Made by a program: the position numbers and the translations under genes
Part shown: positions 35,396-49,165 of the stretch, in pieces
Numbering within the stretch: position 1 is the first letter of the stretch
How the letters are laid out: every line of letters begins with the position of its first letter
Assembly (NCBI GenBank): GCA_043228905.1
Contig: JBHGNT010000001.1
Location: forward strand, 26,536,001-26,600,000
DNA length: 64,000 nt
Direction: 5' to 3'
DNA from: Azolla caroliniana
Taxonomy: Eukaryota > Plantae > Polypodiophyta
The notes under the pieces: model-generated
The model's input: the letters and a program-made list of their open reading frames with translations, nothing else
Database searches by the model: none
What the model was told of the DNA's origin: nothing

Positions 35396-36032
35396 ACATA
35401 AATAAATATATAAATATATATACATATTTACATATACAAGGAGGGCAAGTAAGGATTCAAACCTTGCACCTCCAAGTTAGGAGTCAATTGGTTTACCATT
35501 AAGCCATGCTATTTAGTTGAAATTATATTTCTATCATTGTACTTTTACATGTAAATTCTCATACATGAGAACTAAAATGAGTGACATGGTTATCATGCAC
35601 CACATGTAATACATAAGCGCCAAATGGCAAACATGCAATTTATGCATGTCTTGTACCCTCACATGCATCATATGCATGAGAGCATCTATAAAAGAGGGAA
35701 GGGGCAGGAGAAAAAACACGGTTTTTTTTTATTATGAAATTAAGAAGAAGAAATTCGTTATCAAATTGATGGTGCAACTTGTTTCTTAAATCCAAAGATA
35801 AAAAGTTCAATCGATCTTTCTCAATCGTTTAATCTCAACTTCTCTCTTTCCCAATCTATCTTAAGTACTTTCTCGCCAAAGCTTGTATCGACTCTAAATC
35901 CTTCTGGACCAGAACCCCGGCGGTTCCGCCTCACGATCCGCGCGTAGTGACGGATCTTCACGACATAATTAAGTGGTGAACCCGACGTGAACAAGGCGGT
36001 AGGAAGGATCAAGTCGAGATTAATACTTGGAG

Positions 36033-38231
36033 ATGGCGTCCTCAAGCAACCAAGCAGGAGAGCTCGAAAGGAAGATGCTAATCGTCGAGCAAATGATGAG
36101 ATCTCGGGACAACGACGCGAGCGTGGAGAAGGCTGTCGATCGTGTCGTAGAGCTCGAGGGCCAATTCGATGGAAGGAACGTTACGAAGTTCCTTGATGCA
36201 TATAAGAGGGAGATGAATTAGAGGGACGTGTCTGAGGCACGTCAAATCGCAAGCTTCAAGAGAGTTGTCGCCAACAACATCCAAAGATGCGTCATCGAGC
36301 TTCAAGAAGGTAAGACAACATGGTCCGAGTTCGAGAAAATGATACCAGCGGAGTTCGTGACTGAAGACTCAACTAGGATGACTCGACATGCCCTGATGAA
36401 GTGGATAGAGAAGAAGAATAAGAAGATGAGCGTCTCGAGGGTGTACGACGAATTCGACCAGATGTTTAGTCGTCTCCCCAATACGGACCAAGTGTTGCTT
36501 GAAGAGGACAAGACTTTGTACTTCTTGAAGGCCGTAGACATAAAGGATAGACGGGAGTTGGGGACTCTTCTCGAAGATGATACCCAAGCAAATGGGCTCG
36601 TAGCGAACTGGATCGCGGTGAAGCGGGGATGCAATAGGCTCGACAAGCGTCGCCAATGGGTTGATGACACCGACTTGACGGGATCGACTACCACGGAGAA
36701 AGCAAGACCGCCGAAAGTAGCGGAGCCGCCAAGACAAAGTAACATGGAAGAAAAGAAGATTGATGATGACATCATTGAAGAGCTAGCGAAGAAGTTCGAG
36801 AGGGTCACGCTAGCCAACATGAATCGTCGAGGCCCTAAAGGAAAAGAACCCTTTAGATGCGTGTGGTGTGATAGCATGGACCACATGAGAAGGGATTGTG
36901 CGAGCCTTCGAGAGGCGATTCGACAAAATATTGTATACATAGAGGACAACATGATCTGCTCAAGCGAGACTAGAAGACCCCTACGGGTGAATTTCGGAAG
37001 AGGAGGAATGAAGAGATCTATGGAGGATGCCGATGCAACTCATGTGGATGCGATGCACTATGCTGCGTCGGCCGGAATAAGAGTCGGGAAAGACAAGACT
37101 GAAGCTGCTAGAGCGGGAGCAAAGTTTTGGACTTCCGTTCTCGAATATGAGAAGAAGGGAAAAATCACATCGAACAAGGTAGAGCTTGCGGACCGAAGCG
37201 TGCAAAGCATAACCGGGTGGTCGGATCCGGTGGACGACAACACCATACTCGCAGAGGTGATGTGCGACAACCACGAGGTGTTCGTCGAAGAAAAGAGAAA
37301 GAGAATAGAAGAGCGAGGGCCATCAAAAAGACATGAAACAAGGAACGCGAAAAAGAAGGACGATGCGGAGACGAGTTGACCTTTACAAACAGAGGAACGA
37401 GAATCAAGCCGAAAAGGGGAGCCGAGCATACGAGTTGAAGAAACGGTTCGGCCCGTGAAGGTTGGTGTTGAAGACCCCGCTCGGAGGACAAGGACTATAC
37501 CTACCTATAAGCTAAGGTCAGACATAGAGCAGACGACGGACCTAAAGAAGATTCTCGAAGAACAGGTTCTTGATAGCCACGTAACTTTGTCCTTGAGGGA
37601 ATTGCTTGGCATTACGAAGAAGGAGTTCCATGACACGATCGTGGACCTTGTAAAGAGAAAGAGACAACAATCGGACGAGGAAGAAGAGAAGCCGCAAAAA
37701 GCAAAAACGAATGCCATAACGATGGCAAGAGACGAAATCGATGAAGATATGGTGGACAGCCACTACACTCGACCTCATTGGGCACGAGCGACAACGGAGA
37801 CGCCGGTGAAGATCGGGGAGAAGAAAGAGACCGTGGTAGCCTTGATTGACCACGGCTCGGAGATCAACCTCATGTCAACCGACTTCTACAAAAAAGGAAG
37901 ATGGCCAATCAATACAAACCACGGATGGAAGATTCGCGCGGCAACAAAGTCTACGGAGGATTTGTACGGAGCTTGTCCCAATGTCAAAGTCACGATCGGG
38001 GATGTGGAGATGGATCAACACTTCTTCGTACAAGAATCGGCGTCACATCCTGTCATCCTAGGGCAACCTTATATCACATCATCTCGGATGGAGACCAAAG
38101 TGTTCGATAATGGAGCAGCCTTCGCACGAATAAAGAGTCTTGACAACCAAAGATCGGTCCAATTCCTAACGGTGCGAGCCAATCATGAAAGGAATCGAGA
38201 TAGTCTCAGAGGCGAATCCTCGGATTTTTAG
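36033..38231 (+). pseudogene. Gag-protease ORF1 of element G with two nonsense codons (36219, 37377)
   Basis: ORFs 36027-36221, 36228-37379 and 37455-38231 share one frame; CVWCDSMDHMRRDC; LIDHGSEIN. Confidence 0.92.
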
Positions 38232-41200
38232 AGCGGACTATTGAAGTATGGGGCACAAATAGTCCGAGCAATCACAAGACCCCACAAGAAAGAAGAGTGT
38301 GTGGATTGCAAGGAGAAGCAACATGTGTCACACCTAGTGGCGCATGTAAACTAGTACTACCCGACAAGAAGCACAAGCGCCGGATACAAGAATTCGAGAA
38401 GACGCTGAAAGAAGAGAACATAATAGAAGAAGGGGAGTTCGTGACTCATATTATGGAAGAAGCCTCATTTAACGACACCATCGGCGAAATCGAGGACGTC
38501 GTGGATTTGAGCTATCTTCACAACCAATGCGTGATTTCGGTTAACTCCGTCAACATGTACGCTATCATCGATGAATACCGTCGTGGCATCTCGATGAAGG
38601 AAGCTGACATCAACACGAAATATAAAACGGTGGATAAGAAGATCAAGCCAGTTGCGGTTCCGCTACCGGAAGATAGCTGGCAAAAGATGAAGGAAGTCGT
38701 TAACGATCCAAGCTTAAGAGATCCGAAGAAGATAGGTCATGTCTTCACCAAAGAGATGAAGGGGAAGCTACGAGTTGGAAAGGAGAATTTCCTTCTCCCT
38801 GAAGAGGACCGAATGTTTCGCGATATGCTTGAGAGACATGGGAAGGCTTTCGCATTCTTCCCACGAGAAATTGGATGCGCCGACCCAAAGGTTATAGAGC
38901 CGATGGTGATCTTCACGGTGCCTCATGTGCCTTGGAACTTGAAACCGATACCGGTTCCGAGAGCACACCTTCCGAAGCTGATCGAGATCTTAAAGGAGAA
39001 GGTGAGTATGGGAATTCTAGAACCGTCGAATGCTCCTTATTCCAATAGGTGGTTCACGGTGCCGAAGAAGAATGGATCATTGCGATTCATCCAAGATCTT
39101 CAACCCGTCAACAAGGTGACAATTCGAAATGCCGGAATCGGTCTGAGCGTGGACAAATTTGCCGAAGTGTTTGCGGGCCGGTCCATCTACTCCATTGGCG
39201 ATCTCTACTCCGGATATGACCAATTCCAATTGGCGATCGACAGTCGGGACATTACAACCATGAGGACTCCGATCGGGCTTGTGCGGATGTGTACCTTATC
39301 CCAAGGCGCAACGAACTCGGTGGCTCATATGGTGAATGCCATGAATAAAGTCTTGAAGGATTGCATTCTGGACATCACGATGCCATTCTTGGATGATATT
39401 CCGATAAAAGGATGTTCGGATGAGAAGAAAGATGAATCGAAAGATAAGGAAGGTTGTAGAAAGTTCGTTGTGGATCATATGAAAGATTGCGAGAAGGTGC
39501 TTCAAAGGCTTGAAGATGCGAATTTGACATTTTCGGGAGAAAAATCCGCATTCGGGCAACCGGAGATCTTGGTGGTAGGTCACTTGTGTGGAGCATACGG
39601 CCGGAAGCCCTCGCCATCCAAAGTGAACGCAATCCAAGACATGAAAGAAGAATGCGAAAACCAAACGGAGGTTCGAAGGTTCCTTGGAGCGTGCACGTTT
39701 TATCATATATGGATTCCTCACTACGCTCATGTCGCCGAACCGTTATATGGACTACTAAAGAAAAGAATAAAGTTCGAATGGCGAGATGAGCACACAGAGG
39801 CGATGCGAAGATTAAAGAAACTGCTTCTTGAAGCTCCGGCACTAAGGAAGGCCGACTATGCCGAAGGGAAACCAATTTACGTGACCGTAGATACGAGCCC
39901 AACCGGAATCGGGTGGGTCATCAATCAAGAAGGTGAATATAATGCGCGATATGCCGTCTGGTTCGGAGCAAAGGTTCTCAGCGAACGGCAACAAAGATAT
40001 GCCCAAGTCAAGCGGGAACTTTGGGGTATTGTGTCGGCAGTGAAGACGAACAAAGATTACCTGATCGGGTCAGAAGTGATAATAGAGACAGATTGTCTCC
40101 CAATTCTCAGAATGGTCTCGGGATGTGCGACCCCAGATCTTGCTATGCTAAGGTGGATCGCCTACATCAAGTCTTTAAACCCAGAGATCCGTCACATCGC
40201 AGGGAAGAAGAACGCCATGGCTGACATGCTGTCGAGGGCAAGATTTTCAAATGGAAGTAACATGGTTTCGGAAGATGAAGATGTCGCCCTCAACTTCTTC
40301 AAGATGGCTCGATTGTCGGCGGAAGACCAAGACACGCAAACCCTCCACGCCTTCAACGAGAACAAGTACGAAGGAGAATGGTTACTCATCGGTAGATTCC
40401 TAAGAACATTGACGACAGATGCTTCGTTGACAAAGGAGGAGGCCCTACGAATCCGAAAGAAAGCTTACTGATACTTCTTGAAGGGAGGATTCCTTTGGCG
40501 ACATCCAAAAAGAAGGACAGGAATACCACGTCGAGTGGTGGTAAAGAAAGAAGAGCAAGAGACGCTGATGACCGAATTCCACGAGAGTGCTTGGGCAGGT
40601 CATAGAGGAACATGGGCGACGTTCGAAAAATTGAAGGAGAAGTACTGGTGGCCAAGCATGTACAAAGATGTACTCCATTTCGTGTCCACATGTGAAACTT
40701 GCCAAATATATTCAAATATACGTCATCGTGATGAGTTAAAGCCGACATACCCACTCACCATTCACTTCAAATGGATGGTGGATCTGGTCTCGATGCCAAT
40801 GGGAGTGGGACAAATGAAGTACTTAGCGCTCGCAAGGGAAGACTTGACAAATCAAGTGGAAGGACGAGCCTTGACAAATAAGACGACTTCAGCCGTTTGT
40901 AAATTTTTACTTGAAGATGTTGTTTGCCGATATGGATGTGTAGCGAAGATAGTGGCCGACCGAGGGGAGTTGGACGCGCATGAAGCGACGGAGCTCTTCG
41001 AAAGACTAGGCGTGAAGCTCTCCCTCACGACTGCCTACAATCCGGAAGCAAATGGGAAGATCGAGCGAGGGCATGGACCTATCGTTAAAGCCATCGTACG
41101 GGCATGCAACGGTCAAGTCGGGAATTGGCCACGACTATTACCCTATGCCTTGTGGGCCGATAGAATGACACATAGCTCGGTGACAGGGTATATGCCGACG

Positions 41201-41716
41201 GAGCTTATGTATGGACAAAAGCCGATTATGCCCATCAAAAGGACGATCGCCTCGTGGGTAGCGATACCGTGGGAGAACGAGATGAGCCGAGAAAAGTTAT
41301 TAGCGGCGCGGATAAGGCAACTTGAAAGAAGACCTGAAGATTTAGAAAAAGCGCGAAAGATGATGAAGGCAGCCCGAGTAAAGAACAAAGTTCGGTTCGA
41401 TAACACACATCGACTTCGTCCCAAGAAGATTGAAGAAGGGGATTGGGTTTTGGTTTACGACAGCACCCTTGACAATCAACACAGTACAACAAGGAAGTTC
41501 GCAAGAAGATGGTTCAGGCCGTATGTGGTGACAAGTACCAACGATAATGCCACATACCACCTTGCGGAACTAGACGGATCAAGGTTGGCCGTACCCATTG
41601 CGGGAAAAAGAGTAAAGATTTTCAAGAAAAGACAAGACAAGGATCCTGACCTCGATTACCTCGACGATGAACATAATAGGCCGGATGAAAATGAAGACAT
41701 GGAGGAATCTAATTGA
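38228..41716 (+). pseudogene. Pol of element G in the -1 frame with one nonsense codon (40469)
   Basis: ORFs 38297-40471 and 40478-41716 share a frame; RT FLDD, RNase H and IN motifs; frame open from the slip site 38222-38228. Confidence 0.92.
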
Positions 41717-44700
41717 TCATCGTAGCCGAAATCTCACTTCTTCTCTTCTTGGCACGTACCGGAGGACGTGCGGTTTGGTGGGGGTAGATGTCGTGAAGAT
41801 TTTCGGCAATAGTGTGAAAATCCTATAAAACGTACGAAATCGAGTATGAATCACGTTGTCGTGAAGATTTTCGGCAATAGTGTGAAAATCCTATAAAACG
41901 TACGAAATCGAGTATGAATCACGTAGTACAATAATTGTGAAGATAACATTTTAAATAGATTTAATATCTAAGTACAAAATGATGGAGGTTTCGAATACAC
42001 TTTATTACACGAGAAACGGACAACTAAATGTCAAGATATGAGGGTATAAAGTTTATATATAAAAGGAAAGGAGAAAATTGTGAGATATCCCACATAGGCA
42101 CGACAAATACAGCTCTCATCATATATATGGTGGAGCAAAAGATATTATTTTTGTGCCTATGTGTGGAGCATAGAGAGTTCAAGGTAACTTGAACTAAGAG
42201 TGGAGGTGGGCTAGCTACTCGTAAAGGGTTTTGGCCAACCAAAACCGGACCGGCGATGGAGCCGGTGATCCGGTGGCATCCGACGGCAAGCCGGCGAGAC
42301 ACCGGTATCCAGCGACGGCACCGGTAACCGACGGCATCCGGCGACGGTATCCGGCGAACCGGCGACTAGATAAATAAATATATAAATATATATATACACA
42401 TTTACATATACAAGGAGGGCAAGTAAGGATTCGAACCTTGCACCTCCAAGTTAGGAGTCAATTGGCTTACCATTAAGCCATGCTATTTAGTTGAAATTAT
42501 ATTTCTATCATTGTACTTTTACATGTAAATTCTCATACATGAGAACTAAAATGAGTGACATGGTTATCATGCACCACATGTAATACATAAGCGCCAAATG
42601 GCAAACATGCAATTTATGCATGTCTTGTACCCTCACATGCATCATATGCATGAGAGCATCTATAAAAGAGGGAAGGGGCAGGAGAAAAAACACGGTTTTT
42701 TTTTATTATGAAATTAAGAAGAAGAAATTCGTTATCAAATTGATGGTGCAACTTGTTTCTTAAATCCAAAGATAAAAAGTTCAATCGATCTTTCTCAATC
42801 GTTTAATCTCAACTTCTCTCTTTCCCAATCTATCTTAAGTACTTTCTCGCCAAAGCTTGTATCGACTCTAAATCCTTCTGGTCCAGAACCCCGGCGGTTC
42901 CGCCTCACGATCCGCGCGTAGTGACGGATCTTCACGACAACGTAAGGCCCGAACCACCTCCATGCAAACTTCCGCGTTGCCCTGTGCTGGTTGTCGAGGT
43001 TGTTGTCATACACTAGGACCCAGTCGCCTTCCTCGATCTTCTTTGGTCGCAACCAGTGCGTCCAGTGGAACCGGATCTTGTTACGCTCCCTTGCCGCCCG
43101 CAGCTTTTCCTTCGCCCGTTTCACGTCCACCGGCCTCCGCTCGAGTTGCCAAATCCACGCCGCCAGCAACTCCTCCCGGCTCATCTCGTCCTTCCAATCT
43201 ACCGCCGCCCACGAAGGAACCGTCCATTCCATCGGCATGATTGGCTTCTGTCCGTACATCAGCTTTGTCAGCATGAACCCTGTCACCGAACTGTGCGTAG
43301 TTCGGTTCGCCCATAGGTCGTAAGGAAGGAGCCGTGGCCAATTCTCGACCTACCCTCCGCATGCACGCACCAACGCCTTTACGATCGGCCCATGCCCACG
43401 TTCTACCTTCCCGTTCGCCTCCGGGTTGTATGCCATAGTGAGGGAAAGGTTGACCCCTAGCCGGTCGAACATCTCCTCAGCTTCCCGCGCATCCAGCTCT
43501 CCCCGGTCCGCCACGATCCTCCCGACGCACCCGTACCGACACACCACTTCTTCGATCAGGAACCGGCATACTGCCGCGGTTGTCTTGTTATGCAGTGCAC
43601 GGCCTTCCACCTGGTTCGTTAAGTCTTCTTGCGCAAGCTCCAGGTACCGCATCTGTCCTGCTCCCATCGGCATCGTCACCAAGTCCACCTTCCACTTGAA
43701 ATGGACCGCAGGCGGGTAAGTCGGGTGTAGCTCGTCCCGATGTCGGACTACGGAGTGCATCTGACAACTTTCGTAAGTCGTTACGAACCGATGTACGTCT
43801 TGGTACAGCCCCGGCCACCAGTACTTCTCCTTCACCTTCTCGAACGTGGCCCACGTTCCGCGGTGCCCGACCCAGGGACTCTCGTGAAATGCCGCCAGTA
43901 GTTCCTCCTGTTCTTCTTTCTTCGCCACTACCCGGAGCGGAACGCCGTTTCTCTTCTTCGGGTGCTTCCATATGTACCCGTCCCGAAGGAAGAATCGATA
44001 CGCTTTCTTCCGGATCCGGTTGGTCTCTTCCTTTGTCCACGCCGCGTCCGATGTCATTGATTTGAGGAGCCCGCCGATCCGGAGCCACTCCCCATCGTAC
44101 TTGCTCTCGTCGAATTCATTAAACGTCGGAGCGCTCCCCTTTCTGGTTGGTACGTATGCCGCCTCGAAGAAATCTACGCCGACTTCCTCATCCTCCGAAA
44201 CCATGCCGTCCTCGTTTCCAAACCTCGCCCTTGAGAGCATGTTGGCCATGGCATTGTCTTTCCCGGAAATGTGTCGTATCTCCGGATTTAGGGACTTGAT
44301 GTACGCTATCCACCTGAGCATTGCCAAGTCCGGTGTCGCGCATCCGGAAACCATGCCGAGAATCGATTATTACCTCTATCCCGATCAGGTAGTCTTTATC
44401 GGCCTTCACCATCGAAACGATACCCCAGAGTTCGCATTTAACCTGGGTGTATCCTCGTTGTTGCTCACTGAGGACCTTCGCACTGAACCGGATGGGGAAC
44501 CTCATGCCAACGTCATCCTCTTGGTTGATCACCCATTCGATCCCGATCGGACTCGTGTCTACGGTTATGTAAATCGAAGTGCCTTTGCCGTAGACCGCCT
44601 TTCGGAGCGCCGGTGCCGTGGCAAGTGCTTCCTTCATCTTTCGGACTGACTCTGTATGCTCGTCTCCCCACTCAAATTTACGCCCTTTCTTAAGCAACCC

Positions 44701-47700
44701 ATATAGTGGCTCCGCGACGTGGGCGTAATGCGGGATCCAGATATGGTAGAACGCGCATGCTCCCAAGAATTGCAGTCATGCTTCATCAAAGAGATGGCAT
44801 CCACCTTGGCCGGAGACGGTTTCCGACCATATGGTCCGCATAGGTGCCCGACGATCATGATCTCTGATTGCCCGAAAGCCTATTTTTCCCCAGAGAAGGT
44901 GAGCCTCGCACCTTCTAGTCTCTGTAGCACCTTCTCACAGTCATCGATGTGAGTCACCATGAAATTCCGACATCCGTCCGGTCCGATTGTCTCGTCCCTT
45001 TCCTCCACCAGGCATCCCCTAATCGGGATGTCGTCTAAGAATGGCATGGTGATGTCCGGGATACAATCCCTGAGCACTTTGTTCATTGCGTTCACCATGT
45101 GGGCCACCGAATTCGTCCCTCCTTGTGGTAGGGTACACATTCGCACTAGGCCGAGATGAGTCTGCATCGTCGTAATGTCTCTGCTCTCCACGGCTAGTTG
45201 GAACTAATCGTACCCCGAGTACAGATCACCGACAGAGTAAATCGACCTTCCGGTGAAGGCCTCCGCGAACTCGTCTATGGTCGGTCCGATCCCTGCGTTA
45301 TGGATGGTCACCTTGTTAACCAGTTGCAGGTCTTGAATGAAGCGCAGCGTGCCGTTCTTCTTCGGCATTGTAAACCACCGATTCGAATACGGGGCACTTG
45401 ACGGTTCGAGGATGCCCATCTCCACCTTTTGCTTCAGAAGCTCCATCAACTTCGGGATGTGAGCTCTTGGCACCGGAATCGGTTTGAGATTCCACGGTAT
45501 ATGCGACACCGTGAAGATCACCATCGGTTCGACGATCGTCGGGTCCACACACCCGATCTCCTCCGACGAGAACGCGAAGGCCTTCCCATGCCTTCCGAGG
45601 ATTCTCTGAAACTTGTTCTCCTCCGTCGGCAGTAGGAAGCCACCCCCACCAACCTTGAGCTCCCGTAGCGTTATGTCGGTGAACCGGTGCCCTATGCCAG
45701 CCGGATTCCGTAAACTTGGCTCCGGCACAACCCCCTTTCTCCACTCCTCGCTGCCCTCCGGCAAGGGTGCCGTGACCGGCCTTACCTTCCGGTCCACAAT
45801 CTTGTACTTTGTACTCACGCGGGCCGTCTGATCCGACCCGATCCTTTCCCCGAAGTCCGCGATGACTTCGTACATTCCCATCGATCCTACCGGAATGGTC
45901 CAGTCTTCTCTAAGGTCTTCACCAATCACCTTTCGCAACTCGCCCAAGGTGTCGTCAAAAGAGACCGCCTCCACGGCTCCGCTGATCTCTTCGTCGGGGG
46001 AGAGGACTCTGCATCTCCTGAGCCGCTCGTCCGCTCGCTTCCTTTCTCGGTCGTTGACGTCGGCCATAGTACAACCTCTGTTGTCGGAGAACCAAAATTT
46101 CCTACCTGTGGTACAAGTCTTCTTCCGTACTATACATTTGTGGGGTTTTTTCAGGGTGTCCGGACTATCGCGGCCCCACGCCTTGATAGCCCTCTCTAAA
46201 AATCCCCTCGGGTTTCGCCACCGAGGGTCTCGCGGTTACGCTCATGGTTTGGTCACACCGTCAGGAACAGGACCGAGTGACACTCGTCCTGGCTCTTGAC
46301 TCTTGCGTAGGCCGAACCGTTGTTCAGCACCTTGGTTTCCATCCGTGCCGTCGTGATGTATGGTTCTTCTAGTATAACTGGACGTGAGGACGTCTCCGGC
46401 ACAAAGAAGTGTTGGTCGATCTCGACATCGCCGATCTTCACCCGTACATTCGGGCAGGTTCCATGTAGTTCTTCCGTGGTCGCGTCGTTGCCCGTATTTT
46501 CCAGCCGTGTTTGGTGTTGATCGGCCATTTCCCCTTTTTGTAGAAGTCCATGAACATCAAGTTGATTTCTGAACCGTGGTCCACCAACACCACCACCGGC
46601 TCCTGGACATCCCCGACCTTAACATGGGTCTCCGTGGTCGCTTTGGCCCAATGCGGCCTCGAATAGTGGCTCTCCGCCAACTCTTCTTCTAATGCCATGT
46701 CCTCTAAGTGCGTCGTTCGCACTTCCACCGGCTTCTCCGGCTCTGGCTCTATCGACAGCCTCTTCCTCTTTAACAAGTCTACGATGGAGTCGTGGAACTC
46801 CTTCTTGGCGATCCCGAGCACTTCCCTTAGCGACAGGTCCACTTTGTTGTTGAGGATATGTTCCTCCAGGACCTTTCGCAGGTCCGTGATCCTTTCGATT
46901 TCTGTGCTCAACTGGTACCCAACCTTCTTGGCTTTATCCGGTGCGCCGGTCGCACCGGCCTCATTCTTTCTTTGGCCGAATCGGGTCTCGTACCGTTGCG
47001 AGGGCCCGGCCCCTCCGGTTTCACCTACTCTCTTGTCTTCCACCAGAGCCTCATAGTTCTAACATGCAGCTTCAACGAAGCCCGTCTTCTCTTCAACCGG
47101 GTCACTCCACCCAGTTACCTCCCGGACCCGTTTCTCCGCGCAGTCCGCTTCTTCTTTCCTTAGCCGTGCGCCGGCGAGGCCTTCCAGCATCAGCGGCCAG
47201 AATCCGGCTTCGTTCGTCTTCCGGGCCTCACCACCTCCGACCCGGATCCCAGCCAACGCCGAGTAGTGGACGGTCTCCGCGTGGCGAGCCACCGCCTCTT
47301 CCATCAGCCGTTTCATACCCCCCCGTCCGACATTTAGGTCCAGGGCCCTTCGGGTCTCGCTAGCGTGCACCCGACCGTTCCATAGGTACACCACGTTGGC
47401 TCTCATTGCCTCGGCGAAGTCCCCGCAGTCCTTCCAGATGTGGCTGACCGAACGAGCCTTTGACCATGCTGGTCGAAGTCGATCTAGTCTCGAGCCAGTC
47501 TCAGGTCTCTTCCCTTCGCGCTAGCGAGGTTGGCTCGAGTTTCCTTGCTGCTACAGAGCCCACCCCTATTGATCCTTTATCGACCCACTCTCATCGTTTG
47601 TCGAAATGGCCACAGACTCTCTTCACCACGGCCCAATCAGCCATCAGCCCGTCATCAGTCTCCAGTAGGAGTCCCACTTGCCCCCGATCCCTCGTATCCA

Positions 47701-49165
47701 CCGACTTAACGAACAGCAGGACGCGACTGGTGTCTAGTACGGTCCGGTCGAGCGCCGAAAGACGCGTGAAGTGTTCTTCAAACTCCCAGAGGAGCACCGA
47801 CGCGTGTCTCCCCTTTTCGGGGGTCTCTACCCATTCCATGAAGTTCCGTTTCGAGAGCCGAAGCGTGTCATCAAGCCCGTATTTTTCGACGTGCACCGAT
47901 TCCGCTTGTGGACGGTTTTCTTCACGACATCCGCCCCCACCTAACCGCGCATCCACCGGCATGCGCCAAATCGAGTTGGGACGGAGAAAACCTGTCCAGC
48001 CTTCATTCCCCGCTCGTCGGTTCTTCCTCGGTTTCGGATCGTTCATCGTCGCGGTCCAGGTCAACCGGATCCGGCTTGTCGTCGTGACGCTTCTTGAACG
48101 CTTTGATCCGCTTCCCCGCTACCGGTATCGCCATTCTCATACCGTCGAGTTCCGCCAGATGGTACGTCTCGTTGTCGTTGGCGCTTTGTACCACGTAAGG
48201 CCCGAACCACCTTCTTGCGAACTTCCGTGTCGCTCGGTGCTGGTTGTCAAGGCTGCTGTCGTAGACTAGCACCCAGTCGCCTTCCTCGACCTTCTTCAGT
48301 TGGAGCCGGTGCGTTCGGTCGAACCGGGCTTTGTTCCTCATCCTTGCTTCCCGAAGCTTTTCCGCAGCCTGCTCCACGTCCTCCGGTCTTCGCTCGAGCT
48401 GTCGTATACGCGCCGCCAGCAGTTCCTCCCGGCTCATCTCGCCTCTCCAGTCCACGGTTGCCCACGAGGAGATCGCGCGTTCCATCGGCATGACCGGCTT
48501 CTGCCCAAACATGAGTTCTGCAGGCATGAATCCAGTTGCCGAACTGTGCGTAGTTCGGTCCGCCCACAACGCGTAAGGCAGCAGCCGCGGCCAGTTCCCG
48601 ACTTGACCTCCGCATGCCCGAACTAACGCCTTGACGATCGGTCCGTGCCCGCGCTCCACCTTTCCATTCGCCTCCGGATTGTACGCAGTGGTAAGCGAGA
48701 GCTTGACTCCTAGCCGGTCGAACAGCTCCTCGGCCTCTTCGGCGTCCAACTCCCCGCGGTCAGCCACGATCTTCCCGACGCACCCGTACCGGCATATCAC
48801 GTCCTCAATAAGGAACCGACATACGGCTGCGGTCGTTTTGTTCTGAAGGGCCCGGCCTTCTACCTGGTTCGTCAGATCTTCCCGAGCCAGGACCAGATAC
48901 CGCATCTGTCCTACTCCCATCGGCATCATCACCAGATTACCATCCATTTGAAGTGGATGGTCGGAGGGTACGTAGGGTGAAGCTCGTCCCGATGTCGGAC
49001 TATGGAGTGCATCTGACAGCTCTCGCAAGTTGTCACGAACCGATGCACATCCCGGTACAGCCCAGGCCACCAGTACTTCCCCTTTATCTTCTCGAACGTG
49101 GCCCACGTTCCACGGTGTCCAGCCCAAGGGCTGTCGTGGTAGGCCGTCAGCAGCTCCTCCTGTTC

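Larger units (their letters stand above)
34741..42939 (+). mobile_element. Element G: full-length divergent (more AT-rich) Trp-primed Gypsy, TSD ACGT
   Basis: LTRs 34741-35965 and 41789-42939 with 12-bp terminal inverted repeat tgtcgtgaagat/atcttcacgaca; PBS 35974-35991; acgt at 34737-34740 and 42940-42943. Confidence 0.97.
33795..47890 (-). mobile_element. Element F: decayed Trp-primed Gypsy, hosts G, 5' end lost at 47890
   Basis: 3' LTR 33795-34471 with PPT adjacent; IN C-terminus 34547-34740 continues at 42944; pol to ~46195; slip site 46199-46205; gag-PR to 47888. Confidence 0.92.
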
